Source: Histomonas meleagridis 2922-C6/04-290x (taxonomy: Eukaryota; Protista; Parabasalia). Taken from it: a stretch of DNA of 64,000 nt. The notes beneath the pieces are model-generated. The model did no database searches and was not told the DNA's origin. It saw nothing but the letters and a program-made list of their open reading frames with translations. A program made the position numbers and the translations under genes. Positions 27,710 to 40,237 of this stretch are shown one piece after another; position 1 is the stretch's first letter, and each line of letters opens with the position of its first letter. The stretch covers positions 744,001-808,000 of the forward strand of contig JAANOX010000280.1 of assembly GCA_020184695.1 (NCBI GenBank). Reading direction: 5' to 3'.

Positions 27710-30269
27710 ATGCTGCTGTCTCAGATCATTTTAAATGTAATATACATTGGATGCAATATTATGATATCATCAATTAATAAATTGAGAAAAAAAAAATTCT
27801 TATGGATTAAATTTAATACAAAAATTTATCGGCCTTTAAATATTAATTACAATTTGTTCAATTATGTAATATGTGCATGTCTTATATATCATATTTTTAC
27901 TGATTTTATGGAACTATTTTTAACATTTTTCAAATATTTTTTTTGCTTTAACCATTTTATTTCAAATATACACATAAACTTTAATATTTTATTACATTAT
28001 AGAACTATTTTAGATGATATAAACCTCTTATATTTTATTGATATAAAAAAATTTCATTCATTTCAAGAATTTTTCCCAAAAAAACTTCAAATCAAATATA
28101 AAAATAAAAACAAATTATTTTCATTCATATTTTTAATATTTTTTGTTCATAATACATTCCAACTCAGTTTTGATGAAACAACTCAAACATTAACAATTTC
28201 TACTGATCTCGATTTTAACAATAAAGAATTCAAAGAAAGAGCTATTAATGTTATTATACAAGATGGAGTTAGTTATATTCCATATGAAGCATTTGAATCA
28301 TATTCTTTATTACAAAATATTACAATATCAAATACAGTCACATCAATTGGTGAATCAGCATTTCATTCATGTACATCACTGCAAGATATTACAATTAATA
28401 ACGTCACATCAATTGGTGAATCAGCATTTCGTTCATGTATTTCATTGCAAAATATTACAATTAATAACGTCACATCAATTGGTGAATCAGCATTTCGTTC
28501 ATGTATTTCATTGCAAAATACAATTAATAACGTCACATCAATTGGTGAATCAGCATTTCGTTCATGTATTTCATTGCAAGATATTACAATTAATAACGTC
28601 ACATCAATTGGTGAATCAGCATTTCGTTCATGTATTTCATTGCAAAATATTACAATTAATAACGTCACATCAATTGGTGAATCAGCATTTCGTTCATGTA
28701 TTTCATTGCAAAATATTACAATTAATAACGTCACATCAATTGGTGAATCAGCATTTCGTTCATGTATTTCATTGCAAGATATTACAATTAATAACGTCAC
28801 ATCAATTGGTGAATCAGCATTTCGTTCATGTATTTCATTGCAAAATATTACAATTCCAAATACAGTTAAAACAATTCGTAGTTATACATTTCGAGAATGT
28901 TATAATTTGACGTCAATTACTATTGAAGAAGGAGTTGAAGAAATTTGTGATTCTGCATTTCGATCATGTATTTCATTACCAAATATTACAATTCCAAATT
29001 CAATTATAATAATTTCTAACACATCATTTTCAGGATGTATAAAACTTCGAATGATAATCGTATCATTAAATAATTCGAAATATTCTAATTATGATAATGA
29101 TGGAATTCTTTATAACAAAAACATCACAGAACTTCATTGTTATCCAAATGGTAAAGAAACAATATCAATTCCAAACACTGTGACAACAATTCAATCATCA
29201 GCATTTGAAGGATCTTCAATACGAAATATTACAATTCCAAATACTATTAAAACGATTAGAACAAGAGCATTTTATTTATGTTCTAATTTGACCACAGTTA
29301 ATATTGAAGAAGGCGTTGAAGAAATTGGAGAATTAGCATTTTCAACATGTACTTCATTACGAAATATTACAATTCCAAGAACAATTAAAACAATTGGAAC
29401 AATGACATTTTACTCATGTTCTAATTTGTTTGCAATTAATATTGAAGAAGGCGTTGAAACAATTGGCGAATTAGCATTTTCAGGGTGTAATAATCTCAAA
29501 TGCATTTATTATTATGGTGAAACAGAACCAAATATCAGTTTAAATTCATTTGAGTCAGTTGAAACTATTGTAATTACATCAAATGCATATGAATCAAACA
29601 CATTTGGGACATTAAATGTTTCACGAGGTACAACTATTGAAGGGTGTCGTCCATTGCCCACGAATTCATTCGCATCATCGCACTCATTCTCTAATACATT
29701 CACAAAATCAATGACATACGCAAATACAACCACATTCACATCATACGATGCCAACATCACTTTATCTGTTTCTAGTAATATAAATGTTACAGAAACATTT
29801 TCATTAACATTTACATTAATACTAACAAAAACAAATTCAATTTACACTTTAATTTCGAATTCATTTTTAGTTTCATTTGGATCCACAGATAATATTTACA
29901 TTCCGACATTAATAATATATTATGATTATACAATTGTTATGTATTCATATTATCTTAGTTTTTATTCCAATTTCTTTTTCAATTTTTAATTCAATCAGAA
30001 ACAATTCCAAATAATAATAATAATAACAAAACACTTATCATATCGATTTGCACAGTAATTGCTGCAATTATTATCATCATTTTACTTATAATTTTAATAA
30101 TTAAAAATCAAGAATAAAAATTTAACAATGAAGAAATAACAAAAAAAGTTTTGAAGAGCAAAATGAATTTACTAATACTGAAACATTGGAAGCAATAATG
30201 AAAATATCTAATGTTAAAGAGGATCCATTTGCAACAGCTTTGCAAGAAGACAATAAATTCGCTTTATAA
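27710..30269 (+). CDS. BspA-like surface protein, copy 3 (frameshifts in T/A runs after ~29975)
   Basis: 759 aa ORF; the TM helix and DPF tail continue in another frame to TAA at 30269; start position uncertain. Confidence 0.8.
28335..28855 (+). repeat. 66-bp tandem repeat, 8 units (one unit 63 bp)
   Basis: Eight TSIGESAF units counted. Confidence 0.9.
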
Positions 30270-30414
30270 AAAATTATAAATAACATGGAATTTTATAAAT
30301 AAAACCATTATAAAATATGGATTCATAAAAGTTTAATGTTTTTGACTTTGGAAATTGACAAAGTATGTTTGCTTTTCGTATTGGCAAATTTTGGATTTTT
30401 CACATTTTTTGAAA

Positions 30415-31104
30415 TGCTGCTCCAAGATCATATAATGGATGAACATCTGAAGAATTACCCCAAAGGAATTAAAGTGATAATAATTTAAGGCCCATATCAA
30501 ACTGGAAAATCCTCATTTTTGAATTCGATAACTAAAAATGACTCAAAAGAAAACACTATAAAGATAAGAGGTCCATACACTGAACCTTTAGAGAATATTT
30601 TCTCAGATTCAGAAGATTCTTCAAAAACTCAAAACTATTTCCCAATAACTGATTATGGTGATGGAATTATTTTGGATATAGAATATTCATCTGATTATTT
30701 ATTTAGATAATATGAAGTAAAATTTATATATTTTAAAATTTTCCAAGTAATTCAAATTGTTTCTGTGTTGTGCAGTTCATGCATTATATTAAAATTTAAA
30801 ACATTTGTTGAATACGTAACTTAATTGGAATTATTGAAAAGTGTTTATAACTGAGAAAAAAATATATAAAATAAAACATTTATTAATATTATTATTTAGT
30901 GCTTATTCATAATGCTCATACCACTAAATAAATTGGAGTTACTTAACGTTTGTGAATTTTGTTGATTTGTATTTTCATTTTGTGAATTATTTACATTTAC
31001 ATTATTATTAACGTTTCGATTCGTTGCCAAATTACGTTTTGGATTTCGTTGAATTGTTTTCGAAAGCCATTGCGCGCTTTGTGTTTCTGATGTTCGACTT
31101 CGAT
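30415..31104. repeat. Module B, copy 3
   Basis: Inverted relative to copies 1 and 2; keeps about 87 bp more kinase tail than copy 2. Confidence 0.88.
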
Positions 31105-31158
31105 CGAAAAAGAGGTTATACGCGACACTTTTTATTACAGCAACGAAAAAGTGGCTAG

Positions 31159-32653
31159 ATGGGGAGGAAAGCAAAAAAAGTTCCTCAAACAAGACCGAAT
31201 GCATTTGGCGGACTTGCTTTCCAAGCTACCCGTAACCCCCACTTTGTGTTTAAGCATCACCCAGCTGCGAAACCTCATCCAAAACCATCAAAAGTATTTT
31301 CAGTTTGGGTTAAGTATTACCAACCCCCATGGCTATGCTTTGTTGAAATCATTATCTTTGCATTATTTTTCTTATTAGCTATTACTGTTCAAAACACAAC
31401 TTTAATTTTTCCAATATTTTGGAAAAGCTGTTAATATTTTCTTTCTCGAAGGATATGATGTTTACACAGATGATCAAGTTGATTCGCTTGGTGACAAGAG
31501 GATTTTTACCAAGCCAGATTTCAGATTTGTTTTTAATTCATCGCTATACAAGTTTTTTGCTTTTGATACTGATTTTGCTTGTTCCTACAAAATTGATAGA
31601 ACAACTGATCTCACACTTTATTTCTTAACACTTGATGGGGAAGAACTTTCATTCCATTTCGAAGATGATAACAAAACTCTTGCAAATGAAATTATCGAAC
31701 CTTACCTTTCAAACTTTTCATTAGTTCGTCTTTCGGTTTACTATGCAATTGAAACAACAAAATATGGGCAAATAATCGAGTCAGGAGTTATTTCAAATTT
31801 TTACAATTTTGAAGAAACAGGAATCATCCTATGGAACCTTGACCGTGATCGCGTTGTCCGTAACTCCGATAATGCGAGTTCTTTGTTTCCATCAATTCTT
31901 TATTTCTTCCTTTTAGCCTTTCTTGTGGTTGCTATCTTACTCCAATCACTTTCTATCTTGTCCTTGTATAAAATTTCCAGGGTCAAAGCAGTAAACGAGC
32001 GAATTTCCCCATTCACAATATTTAAACAGAAACTTGATAAATGGGAGCCATTAACACTACTTTTTAATATCATCTCTCTTGCCTCGGTGATTATTTATAT
32101 GTCATCAGGGCAAATTCTTCATGATACTGCACCATGGCCACTTTTCGTATTAGCATTAGCATCATTTCTTCAATCAATTTTACTGATTCGATATCTCCAA
32201 CTTCGCCCAGCAACGCTTGTTGTCGTTCGAATGATTTCTAGTGCAATTGTCACGTATTGTTACAATTTATTGTTGGATGTATGCCATTTTTCCTTGGTTT
32301 TTGTAATTTTTGGCGTTTCTTGGTTTGGTTGGTATTCACCGCTTATGTCATCGTCAAGGCAAGTTGCGAAATTACTCGTTGCTGCTTCTTATGGCGATTA
32401 CTTACTTGACGGTTATGACGGTTTAACCGACGGTTCTGACAAACCGAAAATTATTCCATCAGCTTATTTAACTGTGTGGATTTTTAATGGCTTAGGAATT
32501 TGGTTTTATATTGTGTTGGCTATTTTACATGCTGCTTTGTTTAAAGAAGTTCATATCGCAAGAGACGAAATGATTGAGGAAGGTGAGGTGAATGAGGAAG
32601 ATATGGACGCAGAAGACCCTCTTCCTTGGCTGCAATACGTCGCTGATCGTTAG
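31159..32653 (+). CDS. Mucolipin/TRPML-like cation channel, copy 2 (frameshifts; +2/+1 compensated shift in S5)
   Basis: About 498 codons when merged; TM1, luminal loop and S2-S6 with TRPML-like pore; may be a pseudogene. Confidence 0.65.
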
Positions 32654-33086
32654 TGGAATGCGTAATTTTATAATAAACTTTTTTGTATTTTTCAATTAAA
32701 TAGGGTGTTTTTCTTAGAAAATAATTATAAGTTGATTTCCAGCTTTGTCGAACCATTCACAAATTTCTTTTGTATAATGGATGACTTGTTTTTGGCTATT
32801 GAAATACACAAATGTCATACAAATCAGGAAAAATAAATTTTCGTTATTTTTTTAACTTTCACTCCAATCGCCCGGTTGATAACAAATCGAAACGTGTCCA
32901 ATAATTAAAATTAGATCATCATGTTGAGACTCATATTTAACGCTGGTAACCAAACGAACAGGTTGTAAAAAAATGACACTTTTTGAAAGGAATAAACCGT
33001 CGTTATAAAATGAAAATTTGTATTCAAAAAGTTATAATGATATTGAAAATTGAAAAAAGATTTTCTAAATTTTTCACCATGTCAAA

Positions 33087-33512
33087 TTGACATTTTTTTA
33101 TATGCTCTTTTTCCTTTTTTTGGCTAAATATGATATTTATACACAGCAATCAAGCAAATTTATTAGTGTAGTTGGAGAAGATGATCTAAAAAGAAAATTT
33201 CAAAAATTACAAAAACAAACTAGAGGATTAAAAATGCATGATAAGATATTAATTTCAACTCATTACAGACCAATTCGAGGCAGAATCAGTCAAAATAGTT
33301 ATACAAGTCTTATTCATCCAGAAAGGGATTTAATTTCTAGTGGTAAATCTTTTGAGAATTTGAGGAATATATTCATGAAGAATTATGATCATGATTTAAA
33401 AAATGTAGAAAACTTCAGAAAGAAATGTTCCAGTGTTTTTTCTGTACCATGTATAATTATCGATTTTGAGAAAGGTGAAGATTTTTCCAAATATAGGGAA
33501 CGACATCCATAA
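33087..33512 (+). CDS. Hypothetical protein of about 136 aa (copy 2)
   Basis: Paralog of 4876-5301. Confidence 0.45.
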   Translation: MTFFYMLFFLFLAKYDIYTQQSSKFISVVGEDDLKRKFQKLQKQTRGLKMHDKILISTHYRPIRGRISQNSYTSLIHPERDLISSGKSFENLRNIFMKNYDHDLKNVENFRKKCSSVFSVPCIIIDFEKGEDFSKYRERHP

Positions 33513-33745
33513 AATTCATAATTTAAAGAATTTTATAATTTATAAAGTTATTTTCACTTTTTGTTTTTAAGTTGAAAATATTGGTTTGCATAATAATTCA
33601 ACATGAGTTGGAACAAAATAAAGTATTTCATGTTTTAAATTTTGTAGGGCCATGACTATCTTAATAATTTTAGATAATAACAGATAATTGTTAATGTTGC
33701 AAATTTGCTTTAAACTAAAATGAAATATATTATTAATACTAAGCT

Positions 33746-34437
33746 TGCTGCTACATGATAATCATGATAATTGAATGGAATAAAGAAATACTCTAAAGGA
33801 CTTAAAATGTTAATAATTTTTTGTCCATATCAAACTGGAAAATCCTCATTTTTGAATTCGATAACTAAAAATGACTCAAAAGAAAACGCTGTAAAGATAA
33901 GAGGTCCATACACTGAACCTTTAGAGAATATTTTCTCAGATTCAGAAGATTCTTCAAAAACTCAAAACTATTTCCCAATAACTGATTATGGTGATGGAAT
34001 TATTTTGGATATAGAATATTCATCTGATTATTTATTTAGATAATATGAAGTAAAATTTATATATTTTAAAATTTTCCAAGTAATTCAAATTGTTTCTGTG
34101 TTGTGCAGTTCATGCATTATATTAAAATTTAAAACATTTGTTGAATACGTAACTTAATTGGAATTATTGAAAAGTGTTTATAACTGAGAAAAAAATATAT
34201 AAAATAAAACATTTATTAATATTATTATTTAGTGCTTATTCATAATGCTCATACCACTAAATAAATTGGAGTTACTTAACGTTTGTGAATTTTGTTGATT
34301 TGTATTTTCATTTTGTGAATTATTTACATTTACATTATTATTAACGTTTCGATTCGTTGCCAAATTACGTTTTGGATTTCGTTGAATTGTTTTCGAAAGC
34401 CATTGCGCGCTTTGTGTTTCTGATGTTCGACTTCGAT
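33746..34437. repeat. Module B, copy 4
   Basis: Direct repeat of copy 3; the 5' end of the GTPase fragment is more diverged. Confidence 0.88.
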
Positions 34438-36075
34438 TTCGATACATTTCAATCGATATTTTAATAATATTACAAAGTTCGATTTGTGTTTTTGGTGAAC
34501 AAATTTTATTTGAAACAATTTCTGATGCAATTGGAACAATATATTTCATACGTAATGTGATCGTAGGCTGAAGGTTTCGAAGAATTTCGGTGATAATTTC
34601 GGATAATTCGATACTATTTTGGCGATTCCATGACGCTGAAATGCGCGGAATGATTTCTTCAGTAAATTTATTGTGATTTACTTTAGGTAAACATTCTTTT
34701 AATAATGAAATACTACAATTAATAATATTATTGTTAGTCGATGTAGAAAGATATTCGACAAGTGACGGAACAATTTCTTCTTCGATCTTTTGTCCTGTTA
34801 ATTTGTTGACTAATATTTGAAATTCTTGTGCACTTTCTTTTTGTAATTGTTCTTGTTCACTTTTAATCGATGTTTCAATAATTGGATAACAAATTTCATA
34901 AATTCGTTCTTCTGAAATATTTTCGACAATAACAGAAAAATATCGTAAAAAGATCAAATTGATTTCATATGGTTTAACAATCGTAAACATTGGATAAAGT
35001 GGTAATACAATTAACTCATAAAAATCTCGTTTATCAAACGTTTTACCAATTTCAAATATAATCGGAATTAATATATTCGAATAAAGAATTTCATTCTTAA
35101 TTTCTTGAATGAAAAATTCTAAAAATTTGTTTTGTAAAATTCGAATAGAGAATTCGTTAAGCGTTTTCGATATTCCACAATAAAAATTATATTTGTCTTC
35201 TTGCGTTTTAGTTAATATCACTTCGAAATATCGTAACGACTTAATATAAACATTATCAAATAACGGTGAATGAAGTATAAAATTAAATGACGGACGCTTT
35301 TCGGAGTTAACATTCAAGCATGCAATAACCATGTCGCGTAATATCTTGGGAATATTGCTTTGATAAAGATTTGGTGTGCGAACCGATTCTTCAATGCGCT
35401 TCGGAGTCGGCTCTTCCAATACATTCGATCCTTTGATGAGCGTGCCGATGATACAGCCATAACTAAAGACATCTGTCTTAAATGTGCATTGCGAATTATT
35501 ATAATATTCTGGTGAAATATAATTAATCGGCGGTTGGAAGTATGTAACAGATTTCCAGTCGCCCATACGCGGAAGTGATTCCCCATTCTCATGAATAAAA
35601 CGATTACTAAATGTAAATAAACAAATCTTAGTATCCATACTTTTCGTTAAACAAATATCACTAATAGATAAGCCAAACATTACAATGTGCGCTGAACTAT
35701 GTAAAAATCTAATGTTTTACATAATTGATATGAAATATAAATAATGTCATTAGTAGATAAATAACTATCATATTCTAAACACGTTTCAATAGGCTCTGCT
35801 GCAAAATTTAAAGCTTTAATTGAATCTGAAAGCTCAAGAATTTTTAAAACACCTGGATGAAAAATTCGACGAACAGAGTATATAGATGAAAGTGTTTCTG
35901 TTAAAAATCGTTCTTGATCTGCTTTAGTTCCGATACTTTGAATAATATCGTAATCAATTTCCCAAAGACTAACTTCTTCTAATGTAGTTTTATGCTTAGC
36001 ACGACTAACTTTCCAACATGATGTTTTAAATAATGGTACTTGATCTATATAATTTACTGAAATTCCTGCTCCCAT
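34229..36075 (-). CDS. SCY1-like pseudokinase, copy 2 (homopolymer frameshift near 35705)
   Basis: Inverted copy of 2309-4157; its indel is at a different homopolymer than in copy 1. Confidence 0.7.
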
Positions 36076-36468
36076 TCTTGTAACGGTTTGGTGGAGGACG
36101 TTTATATGTATCTTCTGTTTGACGATAAATTCACTATGTGTTTGCACAAAACCATTAATAAATATTAGAGTAAAACTCAAAGAATTGATTTGTTACCTAT
36201 TCGAAATAAGTATCTTCAATTAATGATAACTATTAAATAATTTCAAATTTGAATTAATTTTTTATATAACTTAAATATACTCAAACGACCTATGTTTATG
36301 TATCGACATTAAAACATTAAGCAATAATTATTAAATAAGTTCATATTTTTTATGATACTTTTTACTTTGGTTTTAGTGGATGTTAACAGGTGATCATTTT
36401 ATTGTAATTTGAATGATTTACGTCATTCAAAAAATTCACTGCTGTGTTAAAATGGTGACCATTTTCAA

Positions 36469-37980
36469 ATGCCGAAATTCGACGAAGTTACCAAACAGCA
36501 CGTCGATGCAGTAACTCGCGACTACATTGTTCAGCCTCGTATTGAGTACAGAACTGTCACCAGTGTTAATGGTCCATTAGTTATTTGCGATAAGGTTAAA
36601 TTCCCAAAATATGCAGAAATTGTTCGTATTACTCTTGGTGATGGAACTGAACGTCGTGGCAAGGTCCTTGAAGTGCAAGGAGATAAAGCTGTTGTTCAAG
36701 TTTTCGAAGGTACAACAGATATTGATGTCAAAAGAACCAGAATCGAATTCACTGGTCAAACACAACATACACCAGTTAGCACAGATATGCTTGGACGTGT
36801 ATTTAGTGGTAGTGGTACACCTTTAGATCATGGTCCTCCAGTTCTTGCTGATGATTTCCTTGATATTGAAGGTCAACCAATCAATCCATACAACCGTGAG
36901 TACCCAAGAGAAATGATTCAGACAGGTCTTTCAGCCATTGATGTAATGAACTCCATTGCCCGTGGTCAAAAGATTCCAATTTTCTCAGCCTCCGGTCTTC
37001 CACACAACCAAATTGCCGCCCAAATCTGCCGTCAAGCCGGTCTTGTTCAACACCGTGGTAAAGATGTCTATGATACATCACCAGATAATTTTGCCATTGT
37101 TTTCGGAGCTATGGGTGTCAACAAGAGCACTGCCCAATTCTTCCAACAAGATTTCGAGCAAAGTGGTTCTATGGAGCGTGTTGTTCTCTTTTTGAATCAT
37201 GCCAATGATCCCACCATTGAACGTCTTATTACGCCACGTATTGCCTTAACCACTGCCGAGTATCTTGCGTATGACCAAGGCATGCACATCTTAGCCATAT
37301 TGACTGATATGACATCTTATGCAAATGCGTTACGTGAAGTTTCTACTGCCCGTAGTGAAGTTCCAGGGCGTCGATCATATCCAGGTTACATGTACACCGA
37401 CTTTGCCTCCATCTATGAGCGAGCCGGACGTGTTAAAGGGCGTCCAGGCAGTATCACGCAAATTCCAATTCTCACTATGCCATCTGATGATATCACTCAT
37501 CCAATTCCAGATTTAACGGGCTATATCACTGAGGGCCAAATTTATGTTGATCGTCAACTTGATAACAAACAAATTTATCCACCGATTAACTTGTTGCCAT
37601 CGTTATCGCGTTTGATGAAGAGCGCTATTGGCGAAGGATTGACACGTAAAGACCACAGCAGTGTCTCAAACCAAATGTACGCGTCATACGCACACGGTAA
37701 AGATGTCCTCGCAATGAAGGCAGTCGTCGGTGAGGAATCATTGAGCGAAGATGATAAGAAACATATCGAGTTCTTGCATAGATTCGAAACACAGTTCTTG
37801 CAACAGGGACCGTACGAAAGTAGAAACGTGTTCGAGTCGCTGGACTTGGCTTGGGAAATATTGAGGACACTGCCAAAGGAGTCGCTAAAGAGAATCGACC
37901 AGCAGACATTGAACGAGTTCTACGCAAGAGACAGAGGGCAGACAGAAAATGAGGCAAACGAAGACGAAGAAGATGAATAA
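36469..37980 (+). CDS. VMA2: V-type ATPase subunit B
   Basis: [43 protein letters not shown] and [21 protein letters not shown]. Confidence 0.97.
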   Translation: MPKFDEVTKQHVDAVTRDYIVQPRIEYRTVTSVNGPLVICDKVKFPKYAEIVRITLGDGTERRGKVLEVQGDKAVVQVFEGTTDIDVKRTRIEFTGQTQHTPVSTDMLGRVFSGSGTPLDHGPPVLADDFLDIEGQPINPYNREYPREMIQTGLSAIDVMNSIARGQKIPIFSASGLPHNQIAAQICRQAGLVQHRGKDVYDTSPDNFAIVFGAMGVNKSTAQFFQQDFEQSGSMERVVLFLNHANDPTIERLITPRIALTTAEYLAYDQGMHILAILTDMTSYANALREVSTARSEVPGRRSYPGYMYTDFASIYERAGRVKGRPGSITQIPILTMPSDDITHPIPDLTGYITEGQIYVDRQLDNKQIYPPINLLPSLSRLMKSAIGEGLTRKDHSSVSNQMYASYAHGKDVLAMKAVVGEESLSEDDKKHIEFLHRFETQFLQQGPYESRNVFESLDLAWEILRTLPKESLKRIDQQTLNEFYARDRGQTENEANEDEEDE

Positions 37981-38495
37981 ATGATTAATTGCTCTTAACG
38001 AATACGTTTGTGAAAATTTTATTGTTTATGGCGAAAAATGTTACATAAGGAACTCGTCAGTATGATGGAAACAGCATAAATTGAGGAGAACTTCATATGG
38101 TTTAAATAATATTTGTAATTTGTTAATTTATTGTTTGTTCAAATGTGATTGATTTTTGTTTCATGTTTTGAATATCCGTTTATTAAATGTCAGTATTTTT
38201 ATTTTGAAATATTTGATTTAATATCATAATGAACACCCTGAAATATAATACAAAACAGACAACATCATCATGATCCGTAAATTCATTGAAAATAGAAAGG
38301 TTTGTATACATTAAATAGATTGTGTACTAAATATATTTGTTAAAAGCAATGATTCTGTACAACATGTAATTCATTTCTAAGTTTTCACTTGAAATTATTA
38401 ACATATAATGAACAAAGTTACGTAAGTTATTACATATCACAATGCATAATTCCAAAGACTTAACACGCTTTTTATTAATAATAAAAAATGTTTTG

Positions 38496-40028
38496 CTAAA
38501 TTGTAACATTGTCGAGTGCTTCTTCATTTTGGTGAAGCGTCGACGTATGTTTCAGGTCAACAACAGTTTTTTCGTGAACATACTCCGACGAAGAGCTTTC
38601 TTTAGCTTTCTTGTGCTTCACGACAAAGACAACAATTCCAATCAAAACGAATATATTTACAATTGCTCCGCACGAAAGGCCAATCAAAAGCGACTGTGAA
38701 ATTTTATGGTTATCTGTTGGCTGAGTTGATTGGACATGAAATGTATAATAAAACGGAGAATAAATCGAATATTTTATAACTGTGTAATCATAAAATATGA
38801 AGAACGAGTTCGTATACGTGAATGTGGTTTCGTATGCTGAGAGCACAAAAGAGTTAGAAGAATAAGAATAAGCAGAAACAGATTGCGTGTACGTAAGAAC
38901 CATTGAGGGAGAATAAGATACCTCCAAGTGAATGTTTGAAGGCGTAAATGTATTCGAATTCGGAAATGCATTTGATTTGGTTAATGTACTTGATTTTGCG
39001 AATGTATTTGATTTTGCGAATGTATTTGATTTTGTAAATGTATTTGATTCTGTGAATGTATTTGATTTTGTAAATGTATTTGTTTGCAAGTCTTTAAATT
39101 TAGTTATGGATAAACCATTAAATGTCGTTCCATTATAATCATTACTTACAATGACCTTTGCGTTGATATTATTCGGAAAAACTTCATCCCCTATATAAGG
39201 CTCTTCTGTTCCATAAAAATATATTTCCGAAATATTATCGCAATAATAAAATGCGTGGTAGCAAATTTCTGTTACTTTTCCTCCTATAATGATTGTTGAT
39301 AAGCTTGTACATTCATAAAATAAATATTCATCGATGATGGTGATATTGTTTCCAATAGTAACTTTTTGTAAACTTGTACAATAGCTGAATGCTCGTTCTC
39401 CAATTTCAGTAGTAGAATCAGGAATGATAACATCAATTAAACTATAACAATGACGAAATGCTTCATCTCCAATAGATCTAATATTTTCTCCCATAATAAC
39501 TGTTGCCATTTTTGAACAATTTCGAAATGCTCCCGAACCAATTGTATTAACTCCACTTCCAATTACTACTTTTGTCAAACCTGTACAATAGCTGAATGCT
39601 TGTTCTCCAATTTCAGTAGTAGAATTAGGAATGATAACCTCAATTAAACTATAACAATAACGAAATGCTTTTTCTCCAATGGTTTTAACATTTCCCATAA
39701 TAACTGTTGTCATTTTTGAACAATTTCGAAATGCTTCTGAACCAATTATCACAAGTCCACTTCCAATTACAACTTTTGTTAGATTATAACAATAACTGAA
39801 TGCTTGTTCACCAATTTCTTTAACATTATTGCCAATTTCAACTGTTTTAAGATTAGGGTAAGAACTAAATTCGAAATTTTTATAAATTATTTCAAGTCGA
39901 TCAATAAAAATATGAAATGTTTTTTCCTTGGTATTATCATCAATGTCGTTGTCCCCCATGATTTCGAGAGTACCGTTGATGAGAGTATACTCCTGGAATG
40001 CAGCAGCAAAGAATATTGCGCAAAGCAT
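38496..40028 (-). CDS. BspA-like (TpLRR) surface protein
   Basis: ATG 40028 MLCAIFFAAAF signal-like; IGEQAFSYC repeats, SNTFTK hexapeptide stalk repeats and TM helix. Confidence 0.88.
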   Translation of the reverse strand: MLCAIFFAAAFQEYTLINGTLEIMGDNDIDDNTKEKTFHIFIDRLEIIYKNFEFSSYPNLKTVEIGNNVKEIGEQAFSYCYNLTKVVIGSGLVIIGSEAFRNCSKMTTVIMGNVKTIGEKAFRYCYSLIEVIIPNSTTEIGEQAFSYCTGLTKVVIGSGVNTIGSGAFRNCSKMATVIMGENIRSIGDEAFRHCYSLIDVIIPDSTTEIGERAFSYCTSLQKVTIGNNITIIDEYLFYECTSLSTIIIGGKVTEICYHAFYYCDNISEIYFYGTEEPYIGDEVFPNNINAKVIVSNDYNGTTFNGLSITKFKDLQTNTFTKSNTFTESNTFTKSNTFAKSNTFAKSSTLTKSNAFPNSNTFTPSNIHLEVSYSPSMVLTYTQSVSAYSYSSNSFVLSAYETTFTYTNSFFIFYDYTVIKYSIYSPFYYTFHVQSTQPTDNHKISQSLLIGLSCGAIVNIFVLIGIVVFVVKHKKAKESSSSEYVHEKTVVDLKHTSTLHQNEEALDNVTI

Positions 40029-40237
40029 TCCCCGAAGCAAAATCCCTTTGAAAAACAGAAATTTTGAACTTTTAACAGAAAAATCAGCGGCTATATTGAA
40101 AAGATTGGTGAAATTTGCGTGTGTGAAAAATCGGTTAAATAACCGATAATTAAAGAAATTTGTGGAAATTTGATCCAAATCACAGGGCACCCCAAAATAA
40201 AAGTGACTCATAATTCAACCGTTTAGATAAACTCTGG

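Larger units (their letters stand above)
29763..36103. repeat. Right outer arm of inverted duplication (pairs with 2281-8459; similarity extends to ~28085 through the BspA gene)
   Basis: Same gene order inverted; scattered substitutions between arms. Confidence 0.92.

Noticed and set aside
28335-28855. CRISPR-like array
   Set aside because: Contiguous in-frame 66-bp coding repeats with no unique spacers, in a eukaryotic gene.
28248-28910. Alternative-frame and antisense ORFs over the LRR arrays (also 9470-10003, 9646-9888, 28363-28800)
   Set aside because: Shadows of a stop-free tandem repeat unit.
37625-37957. Antisense and off-frame ORFs inside V-ATPase B, actin, macrodomain and other genes
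   Set aside because: No motifs; expected by-products of codon bias.
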